64,000 nt of DNA. It comes from an uncultured Pseudomonadota bacterium. GTDB taxonomy: Bacteria > Pseudomonadota > Alphaproteobacteria > Acetobacterales > Acetobacteraceae. Of this stretch, positions 44,282 through 53,589 are shown piece after piece. The notes under the pieces were generated by a model, which saw nothing but the letters and a program-made list of their open reading frames with translations, was not told the origin of the DNA and ran no database searches. Each line of letters begins with the position of its first letter. The stretch's first letter is position 1. The stretch spans positions 431,532 through 495,531 of the forward strand of contig CAWHWH010000041.1 of NCBI GenBank assembly GCA_963832865.1, read 5' to 3'. The position numbers and the translations under genes were made by a program.

Positions 44282-46595
44282 TCATTGCTGCAGTTGCAGT
44301 TGTTTTCGCAGACGGGCCGATGGATCGGACTGGCCGGAGGGGCGTAAATTATTCAGCAAGCCCGGTACCGCCGCCGCGTTGATCAGTTGATCGCGCAAGT
44401 CCTCGGTCAGTGCCCGCGCGTCGCGTTGATCGTGGATGACATGCGGCGTGATCAGGATTAGCAATTCCGTCCGGGTCCTCGTATTGTTCTGATTGCCCGC
44501 CAGCAACCCGAGCAGCGGCACGTCCTTAAGCCAGGGGATGCCTTGGTTGCCCAGCGACGCCGAATCGGTGATGAGACCCGCGAGGCCGACCGTTTGTCCG
44601 TCCTGCACAACGACGCGGGAGGTGACATTCCGTTCGTCAAACGTCGGGGAGTTGACCCCCGGCGTGGTGATGACCCCTGTCTCGACGCTGCTCACGTCCT
44701 GCATCACGTCCAGCGTTACGAGGCCTCCGCTGTTGACTTCGCGGAGTGACCTCCATGATCACGCCGGTCTGCTGGTAATTGACCTGATTGACGATGGGAG
44801 CGTTTGTGGCGATAGTGCTCTGCGAAGACTGGCTGAGATAGGGGACCACGGCTCCTACCTGAAGGCGGGCCGGCTGGTTGTCCAAAACCATGAGTTGTGG
44901 TGACGACAGCACATGCACGGTGGTAACCTGCTGTAGCGCCTGGATCGCGAAGGGGGCCCCGCCGTTTCCCGACCCGCCCAGGAAGAATCCCGGGAATGTC
45001 ATGTTCAAGGTGGCGGCCGCCGGGTTGGCCACCGTAGCCGCGGGCCCGGTATTCAGGATTCCGTTGATGCCGCCGGACTTGAAAAAGAACTGCGTGCCAT
45101 ATTGGAGATTATCGTTGAGGGTCACTTCCGCGATGACCGCATCGATCCGAACCTGCAACGGAAGGATATCGATCTTGCGTAGCATCGCTTGCATTGTGGC
45201 CAGCTCGCGTTCGGTTCCATACACCAGGACCGCGTTGTTCTGATCATCCGGTATTACACGTAACGCATCGGTTCCCTGCTCGGAGCCACCCGGCTCCAAT
45301 CCGCCCAGCAGCGGGTTCGCGCCCGGCGCGGCTTGCGGCGGCGGCTGTTGCCCGGAGGGCGGCGCCAAGCCGGTGGTTTGCTGTTGGCCGCCCAAACCCC
45401 CCGAACTTGCACCGCTGATCCCGCCGGAGAGGCCAGACCGCCCTAGCGAACCGGCTGAACCGCTGCCGAGACCCCCGCCTCCGCCGGGATTTCCGAAGGT
45501 ACTCCCGCCCGTCGATTGTCCGGTTTGCGAACGCGTGTTGGCCGTCGGTTGCGCGGTGACGTTGCCTGGCGTGAACGCCTGTTGCAGCACATACGCTACG
45601 TCCTCGGAATGACTGTTCTGCAGGTAATACACGTGCCAACTGCGCAACGTCTGCCGGCGTGCGCGGTCGATGAGCGAGTACACCCTGCGAGCTTCGTCGA
45701 TATATCGTTGCTGGGACGAGACTATCAGCACTGCGTTGATCCGCGACAGCGGAATGACCCGGATCAATCCCGCCAGGGTGCCCCCATTCTGTCCCCTGAA
45801 CGCATCCTGCAAGGCGGAGGCGAAATCCTTCACGTCGCCGTTTCCGACCGGCAACAGCGCGTAGGATTGCCCGGCCAGGACATCCACATCAAACGCCCTT
45901 ACCAGGCCGATCAGCCCTTCCCGCGCTCCAGGTTCGCCGGAGATGAGGAGCGCGTTCCGAGCCGGATCGGCCGCGATCTTGCCACCCTCGCCAACATAGG
46001 GCTGCAAGATTTTGGCTAGGTTCTCGGCAGTGGCATATTGCAGCGGCACCACCACCGCCCCCGCTGTCCCGGCGCTACTTGCTGCGGTCGCGATGGCCTG
46101 GGCGACCGGCACGACCCGGTAGAGCCCGCCATTTGTAACCAAGGCCGCGCCATTCTGCGCAAGAAGCGACTCCAGCGTCGGCACGAGTTCGGAGCGGTTC
46201 AACGGCCGGGTAGTGTGCAACGTGGCGGTGCCATGAACCGCGGGATCGATCGTGTAATTCACCTTCAGGATAGATCCCAGGATTTGCGCCGCAACCTCCC
46301 GGATGTCGGTATCTGCGAAGTCCAGACTAATATTCCCCGTACCCGCCTCGGTCGCCGACGGCTCGGGCGATGGTTGGTCTTGCCGGCCGTAGGCGATCTG
46401 CGCGGGCGGCAAGGCGTCAGGCGTGCCAACCGCGCCATTAATGCGAGGGGGCGCGGCGGTGGCTCCGTTGGGCAACGGAGATAGTGCGGGAATCGCCGGC
46501 GGCGGGACGTGGGTGCATCCAAAAACTTGTATCAGGCCAAGCAAAAGGGTCAGTGCTCGTGGCAAACTCCGCTTGCGAACGATGTTTTGTCGCAT
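44282..46595 (-). pseudogene. gspD: T2SS secretin GspD, interrupted by a single-base frameshift near 44738
   Basis: Track ORFs 44637-46688 and 44282-44707 join into one secretin if one base is removed at 'CGAAGTC', giving ..EVTPR|VNSGGLVTLDVMQDVSSVE... The span is 2314 nt, which is 3x771 plus 1. Lipobox-like start MRQNIVRKRSLPRALTLLLGLIQVFGC at 46595. C-terminal 'GIPWLKDVPLLG.L' secretin motif. Confidence 0.85.
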
Positions 46596-47006
46596 ACTTT
46601 CGCTTAACTCCGCCACCCAGCCCAGAAGCTGTGATGGACCGGACCGGGGAGCCGATGCGACGCAATCCCTTGTGATCTGAAGGCGCAAACGCGTGAATAA
46701 CGTTAAGATAACGCAAGAAGGTAGGCCACGAGCACGCCCTTTCTGGCACTTATTGGCTGTGGGGCCGGTAGCGTTGGAACAGAGACATCAGATGGCCAAA
46801 ATTGGTTCTTCACCGATCACGGGTCGGACGAGTGGGCACTGGGGTCAGCGAGGTCGTCGCCGCTCCGGTCGGAAATCATCAGCAGTCCCCACTTCTCCTC
46901 GATGCTTCGGCAACGCCGCAAGAGAAACCTGTGACATCTATGGGACGGCGTTACTACTCGGTCCATATAAATCCTCAGAACGTTCTGATTCTGTCGGCGT
47001 CTGGCT

Positions 47007-47868
47007 CTATTCGACTACCTCCCCAGGTCGTGCGTCCAACTTCGCAACAGCGTCTTTTGCCAAAGCCGTGCCACGCTCGCGTAACAAGACGTTCACACGC
47101 GGCGTCGAATTTTGAAAATCTCCCGATACAACAGCGACAACCGAATACCGTGCTGCTCCACGCCCGATGGCGGTAACGGTGATTCTCAACAACGAGTCCG
47201 CAGGCTGCTGAGCTGATCCAGAAGCAGCGGCAACCCCGGCGGCATCTGTCAGCGCCCTTGCAACGACGGGATCGCGTGTCGACATGTCAGGATCGCCATC
47301 GGTCAGCACCGTCAGATGCGGAGCCATGCGAGCGAACAAATCCGGAGACATTCCTAACACGTCCGCCAGTTCGTCGACACTTTGAAACGGTGTGCCAGGC
47401 GGACCATAGTCACGTCCGGCAGCCCGATAGTCTGCCGCCTTGGCGCCGCGGGGCCGAGCATTAGCCCCCGCTGTGCGCCAGTCCAATATCGCGGCGGCAA
47501 GTCGGTCGGCCAAACCCGGCGCACCACCAACTTCGATGATCAAAGATCGCAGTAAGACCGCCGACGCGGTATTGAGATTGACCCGGTCGCCCTCGTTCTC
47601 CACACGGACCAGAACCGGCGTTCCCCCGACGCGCACCTCCGACATCACGCCATACGTCTGGAATTGCGGATCTTTTGCACCCAATCAGAAATGTAACATT
47701 CTGTATGGCGCCGGCCGCTGCCGCCTCCAGGACAGCCTCTTGCCTTAGATTGTCCGCCAATCGAGTATCCGATCGCCCGGCCGCGACGATTTGCGTTCCA
47801 AGCAGCGCGAGAAACGCTACGGTCCACAGCACGATCAGCAATGCGAAACCGCGCTGGCGATTGATCAT
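47007..47868 (-). pseudogene. gspK: T2SS minor pseudopilin GspK, interrupted by a single-base frameshift near 47680
   Basis: The N-terminal part 'QRGFALLIVLWTVAFLALL' (ORF 47461-47907) and the C-terminal part 'VNLNTASAVLLRSL' and 'FQSVDELADVLGM' (ORF 47007-47684) are in different frames. The span is 862 nt, which is 3x287 plus 1. Confidence 0.8.
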
Positions 47869-48449
47869 GGCCGGGACAACAGCGGGGCGACCACGATGTC
47901 GGGCCATCGCTGTGCGGGTGAACCAGCAAACGTCACTCGGAAACGGATCAGCAACGGAAGGTCCGGCTCATGCCATTTGGCTACCCATACTCCGGGCGGC
48001 CGCCAATATTCGATCCCCAGGCGAGTCACACCGCTGATCAGTTCCGTTTCGGCCGGTGCGGGCGGCGGCCCCAACGGCACGGCGTGATGATAGGGACGCC
48101 AGCGCAACACTAGACGCGTGCCGGAAACCGCCAACCCGGCCTCGATGCGCATTGGCATCAGCCCCGAGCGTGGCAGGCGAAGGCGGGTGACGCCAGTCAA
48201 GGTATCGGCCGATCCCTCGATTGACGACTGAGCGGCGTCATCGGCCGGCGCAAGGTTTTCCACCACCGCTCTGAGGGTGCGATCCAGCGCGTCCAGGTCG
48301 GTTTTACCGTCGGACAGGCGGGCGTCCTGACGCCATGCGGCAAGACCGAACCGGACAGTTTGACTGAGGCCGGCCAACAAGAAGCCGAACACCGCCAGGG
48401 CGACCAGGATCTCCAGCAATGTGAACCCGTCCGACGCCCGCGCTTTCAT
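47865..48449 (-). CDS. gspJ: T2SS minor pseudopilin GspJ-like
   Basis: 'DG|FTLLEILVALAVFGFLL' prepilin motif, ~194 aa, ATGA overlaps on both sides. Start trimmed from the track ORF. Confidence 0.75.
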   Translation of the reverse strand: MKARASDGFTLLEILVALAVFGFLLAGLSQTVRFGLAAWRQDARLSDGKTDLDALDRTLRAVVENLAPADDAAQSSIEGSADTLTGVTRLRLPRSGLMPMRIEAGLAVSGTRLVLRWRPYHHAVPLGPPPAPAETELISGVTRLGIEYWRPPGVWVAKWHEPDLPLLIRFRVTFAGSPAQRWPDIVVAPLLSRP

Positions 48450-48844
48450 CCGCCGACCTGTTCGGTGTCCAGCCGTACGTCTCGTTCGGAGCCGCCGTCG
48501 TTCCAGCCGATCCAGACACTGACGGCATAAAGCACAACCGGGACGGACGCGGCGGCTCGAGGGCCTACCACCCCGGTCGGCCGTAGCGAGGCGCTCGCGA
48601 CAGGAACCACGTGCAATCGCCACCGAAAGCCGCCGCCGTCATCGCCGCGCCAGTCTCCGGCAGCCAGCTTCGTACCATGGGTCGCCGCGGCCAAGCGCGA
48701 CTTTGCCCGGACAACGGCCTGATCGTACATCGAGGCAGTCTGAGTTTCGTGCAGACCACTTCCGGCCGCCTCGAACAGCGCCACTGCCGCCATGCCGGCG
48801 ATCATCAGCGCGATGATCACTTCCAGCAGGGTGAAGCCTCTCAT
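48446..48844 (-). CDS. gspI: T2SS minor pseudopilin GspI-like
   Basis: 'MRG|FTLLEVIIALMIAG', 132 aa. Confidence 0.75.
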   Translation of the reverse strand: MRGFTLLEVIIALMIAGMAAVALFEAAGSGLHETQTASMYDQAVVRAKSRLAAATHGTKLAAGDWRGDDGGGFRWRLHVVPVASASLRPTGVVGPRAAASVPVVLYAVSVWIGWNDGGSERDVRLDTEQVGG

Positions 48845-50064
48845 CCGGATGCCAAGTTGTTCAGGCTGAGCATGGCGGTCATCAGGGAGGCGACGATGCC
48901 GCCGACCGCGACGCCCATCAGGATGGTCATCGCCGGGACCAGCAGGGCGGTCAGCCGCTGCGTCGCGAGGCGCGTTTTTTCCTCATGGATATCCGCGGCG
49001 CGTAGCGCCATAGGGGCAAGCTGCGCGGTTTCCTCGCCGAGGCGTAGCAGGTGGATCGCGCGTGCCGGGAACACGCCGGCGGCCTCCAGGTCGCGGGTCA
49101 GCGATCCGCCGCCGCGGGCCGTCACGCTCGCCTGCTCGACCGCCGACCGCGCCGCGTGGTTGCCCATCGCATCGCGCACGATCGCCAGCGCGGGGATCAA
49201 GGCGACACCGTTGTGCAGCAAGGTCCCAAGGACGCGGGTAAATCGAGCCGCCAGCACTTCCTGTGTCAGCCCGCCGATCACCGGCAGGCGCAGCACGATG
49301 CGATCGACGATCAGACGCACGCGTGCTTGCCGCAGTGCAAATCGGAGTGCGACGATCAGCACCAGTATCGCCAGCAACAGGAACAGCCCGTCTTCCTGGA
49401 CAAAGTTTCCCGCGGTGATCAGAAATTGGGTCGAAGCCGGCAGAGCGACGCCACTCTGCTCGAACATCGGCACGAACTGCGGCAGCACCTCGGTGAGCAA
49501 AAGCGTAACCGCGCCGATCATCGCCAGAAACAAGACAGCTGGATAGATCAGCGCCGAGGTTACGGTGGAAGCCAGCGCCCGTTGCCGGTCCAGCAGGTCG
49601 GCGATCCGCGACAAAGTCGGGCCCAGATTGCCGCCAGCCTCACCCGCACGCACCATACCGACATGCATCGCCGGGAACGTGGCCGGGTAGCGCGACATCG
49701 CGACCGACAATGGGCTGCCGTCGCGGACCGCGTCGCGCAGCCCGGTCACGGTGGGCCGCATCCGCCTTGGGGCGGTCTCCTGCATGTAGCGAAGGGCGCG
49801 GTCCAGATCCTGTCCGGCGGTCAGCATCGTCGCCAGTTCGCGGATCAGGTCGGCAACGTCCTGCTTGCGCAGTCCGCGCCGGCCCCCCAGGTCCATCTGC
49901 AACAACCCCGTCCAGCGCGAGGCCTTGTCCGCCGGTTCGGCGCGGACCGGCATCGAGCCCTGACGCTGCAGGCGGACGATGACCTCGGCCTCCGTCGCTG
50001 CTTCCATCAGGCCCGCAAGGCGTTCGCCACCGGCACCGATCGCTGTGTAGCGAAAGGTGGTCAT
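48841..50064 (-). CDS. gspF: T2SS inner-membrane platform protein GspF
   Basis: 407 aa with a duplicated GspF/PilC-type architecture and three predicted TM regions. Confidence 0.9.
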   Translation of the reverse strand: MTTFRYTAIGAGGERLAGLMEAATEAEVIVRLQRQGSMPVRAEPADKASRWTGLLQMDLGGRRGLRKQDVADLIRELATMLTAGQDLDRALRYMQETAPRRMRPTVTGLRDAVRDGSPLSVAMSRYPATFPAMHVGMVRAGEAGGNLGPTLSRIADLLDRQRALASTVTSALIYPAVLFLAMIGAVTLLLTEVLPQFVPMFEQSGVALPASTQFLITAGNFVQEDGLFLLLAILVLIVALRFALRQARVRLIVDRIVLRLPVIGGLTQEVLAARFTRVLGTLLHNGVALIPALAIVRDAMGNHAARSAVEQASVTARGGGSLTRDLEAAGVFPARAIHLLRLGEETAQLAPMALRAADIHEEKTRLATQRLTALLVPAMTILMGVAVGGIVASLMTAMLSLNNLASG

Positions 50065-51791
50065 GCATCCGCTCGGATGCTGCGGGTGAGTTCCTCGATC
50101 GTTGTCTCACCCGCCAGCGCAGCCGCGAGACCAGCCTCGAACATGATCTGCATGCCCTCGGCGACGGCGGCGCGTTCAATGGTAGCATGGTCCGCCCGCG
50201 CGAAGATCAGCCGTTCGATCTCGGGCCCGAGTTGCAGGAACTCGGCGATAGCGGTTCGTCCGCGGTATCCTGTCTGCCGGCACGCCGGGCAGCCGACGGC
50301 GCGCGATAGCATGATTGGTCGATCGCGTGTCAGACGATCGAGACCGAAACGTTGGACCAATTCGCCAGGCGCCGGTTCAGGCCGGCAGCAGTCTGCACAC
50401 AGACGCCGCACCAGGCGCTGCGCCATGATCCCGCGAAGCACAGCCGTGAGAAGGTAATCCTCGACCCCCATGTCGCGGAGCCGTGTGACGGCGGCGGCGG
50501 CGGAGTTGGTATGCAGCGTCGAGAGCACCAGATGCCCGGTCAACGCCGCCTGCACGGCGATCTGCGCGGTCTCCCCGTCGCGGATTTCGCCGACCATGAT
50601 GACGTCGGGGTCCTGCCGCAATATGGACCTCAGCAGGCTGGCGAAGGTCAGGCCGATCTGCGAGCGCACCTGAATCTGGTTGATGCCCTGGAGCTGATAC
50701 TCGATCGGGTCTTCAACAGTGACGATCTTTCGCGTGACCGCGTTGAGTGCCAACAGCCCGGTGTAGAGCGTCGTGGTCTTGCCGCTGCCGGTCGGCCCGG
50801 TCACCAGCACGATCCCGTTGGGCAACTCCAGCGCTGACCCCAGCTTGCTGATCACCGCCGGCGCAAGCCCCAGCCGAGCGTAATCGAACACCACGGCGGA
50901 TCGGTCGAGGATTCGCAGCACCACCGTTTCCCCGTGCAATGACGGGATCGTGGACACCCGGAAATCGACGTCCTGACCGCGCACCGCCATCTTTATGCGC
51001 CCGTCCTGTGGCATCCTCCGCTCGGCGATATCCAGACGAGCCATGATCTTGATGCGTGAAGTGATTGCTGCCGCGAGTTGCCGTGGCGGCGCCTCCGCCT
51101 CGTGCAACACCCCGTCATAGCGGTAGCGGACACGCAGCCGGTCCTCAAACGGTTCGATGTGGATGTCGGAGGCCTGCGTCTCCACGGCGCGCGTGATCAG
51201 CAGGTTCACCAGGCGAATCACCGGCGCCTCGCTGGCAAGGTCTTTCAGCCGTTCGGCGTCCTCTTCGAGCGGCGCCTCAGCCTCGGATGCGGAGGCGGTC
51301 GAGGTTTCCTCCGGGTAAAGCCGGTTCAGCGCCGCTTCCAGTTCGATCGGTACCGCGACCTCCAGCCGAACGCGCAAGCCGGTGGCAACCGCAACGGCAG
51401 CCTGAGCGAATGGGTCAAGCGGATCGGCCGCAGCCAACACTACCGTTTCAGCGTCAGCCGCAAGCGGAACGGCTCGGGTGTGCCGCAGGAATTCCGCGCT
51501 CAATCGGTCCGGCAGCACCGGTTCCAACGTCGGATATCGGTCGGCCGAGACCACTGGGATAGCAAGCAAATTGGAGTAGGCATCGGCCAATCCGCGCTCG
51601 GAGACCAGGCCCAACTGGATCAGGACCGCATCCAGGCGTTGGTCGGACTCGACCGCGACGCGCCGGGCACGCTCCAACGTCCTCTGGTCGCAGTGGCCCT
51701 GGCGCAGCAATATGTCGCCCAGTGCGTCAAGCTGGTGATCGGTGACGGTGGTTCCCATTTGGGGCCGCATTCCTGACGTGCTTGTCCGCAT
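50061..51791 (-). CDS. gspE: T2SS ATPase GspE
   Basis: Walker A 'VTGPTGSGKTTT', 'VGEIRD', tetracysteine 'CADCC...CPAC', and an N-terminal GspE_N-like domain. Confidence 0.93.
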   Translation of the reverse strand: MRTSTSGMRPQMGTTVTDHQLDALGDILLRQGHCDQRTLERARRVAVESDQRLDAVLIQLGLVSERGLADAYSNLLAIPVVSADRYPTLEPVLPDRLSAEFLRHTRAVPLAADAETVVLAAADPLDPFAQAAVAVATGLRVRLEVAVPIELEAALNRLYPEETSTASASEAEAPLEEDAERLKDLASEAPVIRLVNLLITRAVETQASDIHIEPFEDRLRVRYRYDGVLHEAEAPPRQLAAAITSRIKIMARLDIAERRMPQDGRIKMAVRGQDVDFRVSTIPSLHGETVVLRILDRSAVVFDYARLGLAPAVISKLGSALELPNGIVLVTGPTGSGKTTTLYTGLLALNAVTRKIVTVEDPIEYQLQGINQIQVRSQIGLTFASLLRSILRQDPDVIMVGEIRDGETAQIAVQAALTGHLVLSTLHTNSAAAAVTRLRDMGVEDYLLTAVLRGIMAQRLVRRLCADCCRPEPAPGELVQRFGLDRLTRDRPIMLSRAVGCPACRQTGYRGRTAIAEFLQLGPEIERLIFARADHATIERAAVAEGMQIMFEAGLAAALAGETTIEELTRSIRADA

Positions 51792-51856
51792 AGTTCGCCG
51801 GTGTGATCGCAGGCAAATGACAGGTCAGCGATCCACCGTTCCGCGAAGGGATACGC

Positions 51857-52642
51857 GTGATAGATTGGTTCGGTTCAGCCTGGTCATGGCCGCTGTTGGC
51901 CGCGCCATTTGTTGGCAGTTTTCTGGGCGTCCTGATTGTCCGTCTGCCAAGCCGTGCGCCTGTCGTTTTGGCGCGCTCAGCCTGTGCCCACTGCGGCACG
52001 CGGCTAGGCGCGCTCGACCTTGTGCCGCTGATTAGCTTTGCAGTTTCTCGCGGCCGCTGCCGATATTGCCGGGCACCGATCGGGCTGTTTTACCCGGCGG
52101 TGGAATTGGCCGCCACCGCGGTCGCGCTTTGGGCGGTGCTGGTCGATCCCGAGACCGGCCGTGTTTGGGCTGACTGTGGGTTGGGGTGGACTTTGCTGGC
52201 CCTGGCATGGATCGACTGGACCGATTTCCTGCTGCCTGACGTGCTAACGTTGCCCCTCGTTCTGGCTGGCCTGGCGTCGACCTTGACCTTTGATTCGAAC
52301 GCACTGACCGACCACTGCCTCGCCGCTATCTTAGCCTACTTGTCGTTCCGCAGCCTGGCTGCCGCCTACCGCCGGCTGCGCGGCCGGGATGGGCTCGGCG
52401 GGGGCGATGCCAAGTTAATCGCCGGAGCCGGCGCGTGGTGTGGCTTGGCTGCGTTACCGTTGGTGGTGCTGGGCAGCGCTCTGCTGGGGTTGCTCGCAGC
52501 CTTGGGATTGGCGCTGACCGGGCGATCCGTGACATCCACAACGCGGATCCCGTTCGGCCCCTGCATCGCGTTGGCCTTCTGGCTGGTGCGGATGCACGGT
52601 GCCTTGGCCGAGGATCTGCTCCGATTGCTGGGGAAATTCTGA
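51857..52642 (+). CDS. gspO: prepilin peptidase (A24 family, GspO/PilD)
   Basis: 'CAHCGTRL...CRYCR' zinc-knuckle region and 'GGGDAKL'. GTG start; divergent from gspE with a 65-nt gap. Confidence 0.9.
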   Translation: MIDWFGSAWSWPLLAAPFVGSFLGVLIVRLPSRAPVVLARSACAHCGTRLGALDLVPLISFAVSRGRCRYCRAPIGLFYPAVELAATAVALWAVLVDPETGRVWADCGLGWTLLALAWIDWTDFLLPDVLTLPLVLAGLASTLTFDSNALTDHCLAAILAYLSFRSLAAAYRRLRGRDGLGGGDAKLIAGAGAWCGLAALPLVVLGSALLGLLAALGLALTGRSVTSTTRIPFGPCIALAFWLVRMHGALAEDLLRLLGKF

Positions 52643-52968
52643 TGCGACGGATGGCTGCGACGCTTCTCCTGCTGCTCGCCGTGACGCCAGGGCTTGCCGC
52701 CGAACGCGGTCCCGTCTGCCGGGAGACGTCGGTGGTGGACGAAATCAGTCGTCAGGTCCGGGCCGGGGACTACTATGCCGACGTTGATCCACGATTGGTG
52801 GCTGAACAGCCCACTGCCGACCCGCGCTTCGTGCATTGCCAGGTCTGTGTGTTGGTCGCGCCGTTCGACACCCCACGGTTCGGAGACCGCCCGATCGCGC
52901 AATGCATATCTCGACGCTTTGAGGTGCAAATCTTGTCCGACGGCTTTGTCGTGCGCGCGCTCCAATAA
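52642..52968 (+). CDS. small secreted Cys-containing hypothetical protein (108 aa), translationally coupled to gspO
   Basis: Its ATG overlaps the gspO TGA by 1 nt. Signal peptide MRRMAATLLLLLAVTPGLAAE; 4 Cys; no recognised family. Confidence 0.55.
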   Translation: MRRMAATLLLLLAVTPGLAAERGPVCRETSVVDEISRQVRAGDYYADVDPRLVAEQPTADPRFVHCQVCVLVAPFDTPRFGDRPIAQCISRRFEVQILSDGFVVRALQ

Positions 52969-52983
52969 CCGCCGGGTCATTAC

Positions 52984-53400
52984 GTGAAGGCCAAAAGACA
53001 TCAGGCAGGCTTCACCTTGCTCGAGATGATCGTGGTGATCGTCATCATGGCAATGGTTGCTGGACTGGTCTTGGTCAAACAACCCTGGCACAGCGTTGGA
53101 TTAAACACGGACGCGACCGTCAGAGCGTTGACGAACGGATTACGATTGGCTCGGTCGCGCGCGATTGCGCAGGACCGCATCGTTTCGGTGGTCACCGCCG
53201 CCGGAGGATTTTCGGTCGACGGTGGGGCAGCCTGGAAGCTGCCGCCAGAGGAGACACTCAGTGCATCGCAGGTGGTGTTCATGCCGGACGGAGGATCCAC
53301 TGGCGGGACGATCCTGCTCGCGGCTGGTCCCAGGCGCATCGCGGTGGATGTGAATTGGCTGACCGGACGCGTCCGGTCGCGGGACGTAGCGGCGGAATGA
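52984..53400 (+). CDS. gspH: T2SS minor pseudopilin GspH-like
   Basis: 'AG|FTLLEMIVVIVIMAMVAG' and 'L...L..AR..AI' (GspH/FimT-like). GTG start. Confidence 0.75.
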   Translation: MKAKRHQAGFTLLEMIVVIVIMAMVAGLVLVKQPWHSVGLNTDATVRALTNGLRLARSRAIAQDRIVSVVTAAGGFSVDGGAAWKLPPEETLSASQVVFMPDGGSTGGTILLAAGPRRIAVDVNWLTGRVRSRDVAAE

Positions 53401-53589
53401 AATAATTCCACAATTGTCTAGTTCCGACTACCTCCTTGACTGCCCGGATACAAATTCGTGACCAATTTGATTGACTTCATCTGTAATCCATCGCCGATAA
53501 GCCTCCGTAGAGAGCATGTGATGTCGGTTTCGGCCAATAAAGCCCAGCAGATACACAGTCACGTGAAAAATGAACGGGAGTTCAGGCTA

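Noticed and set aside
46438-46749. 103-aa minus ORF and plus ORFs 46693-47115 and 46802-47176 near the gspD start
   Set aside because: They overlap the gspD 5' end or the gspK 3' end out of frame and show no secretion-system motifs.
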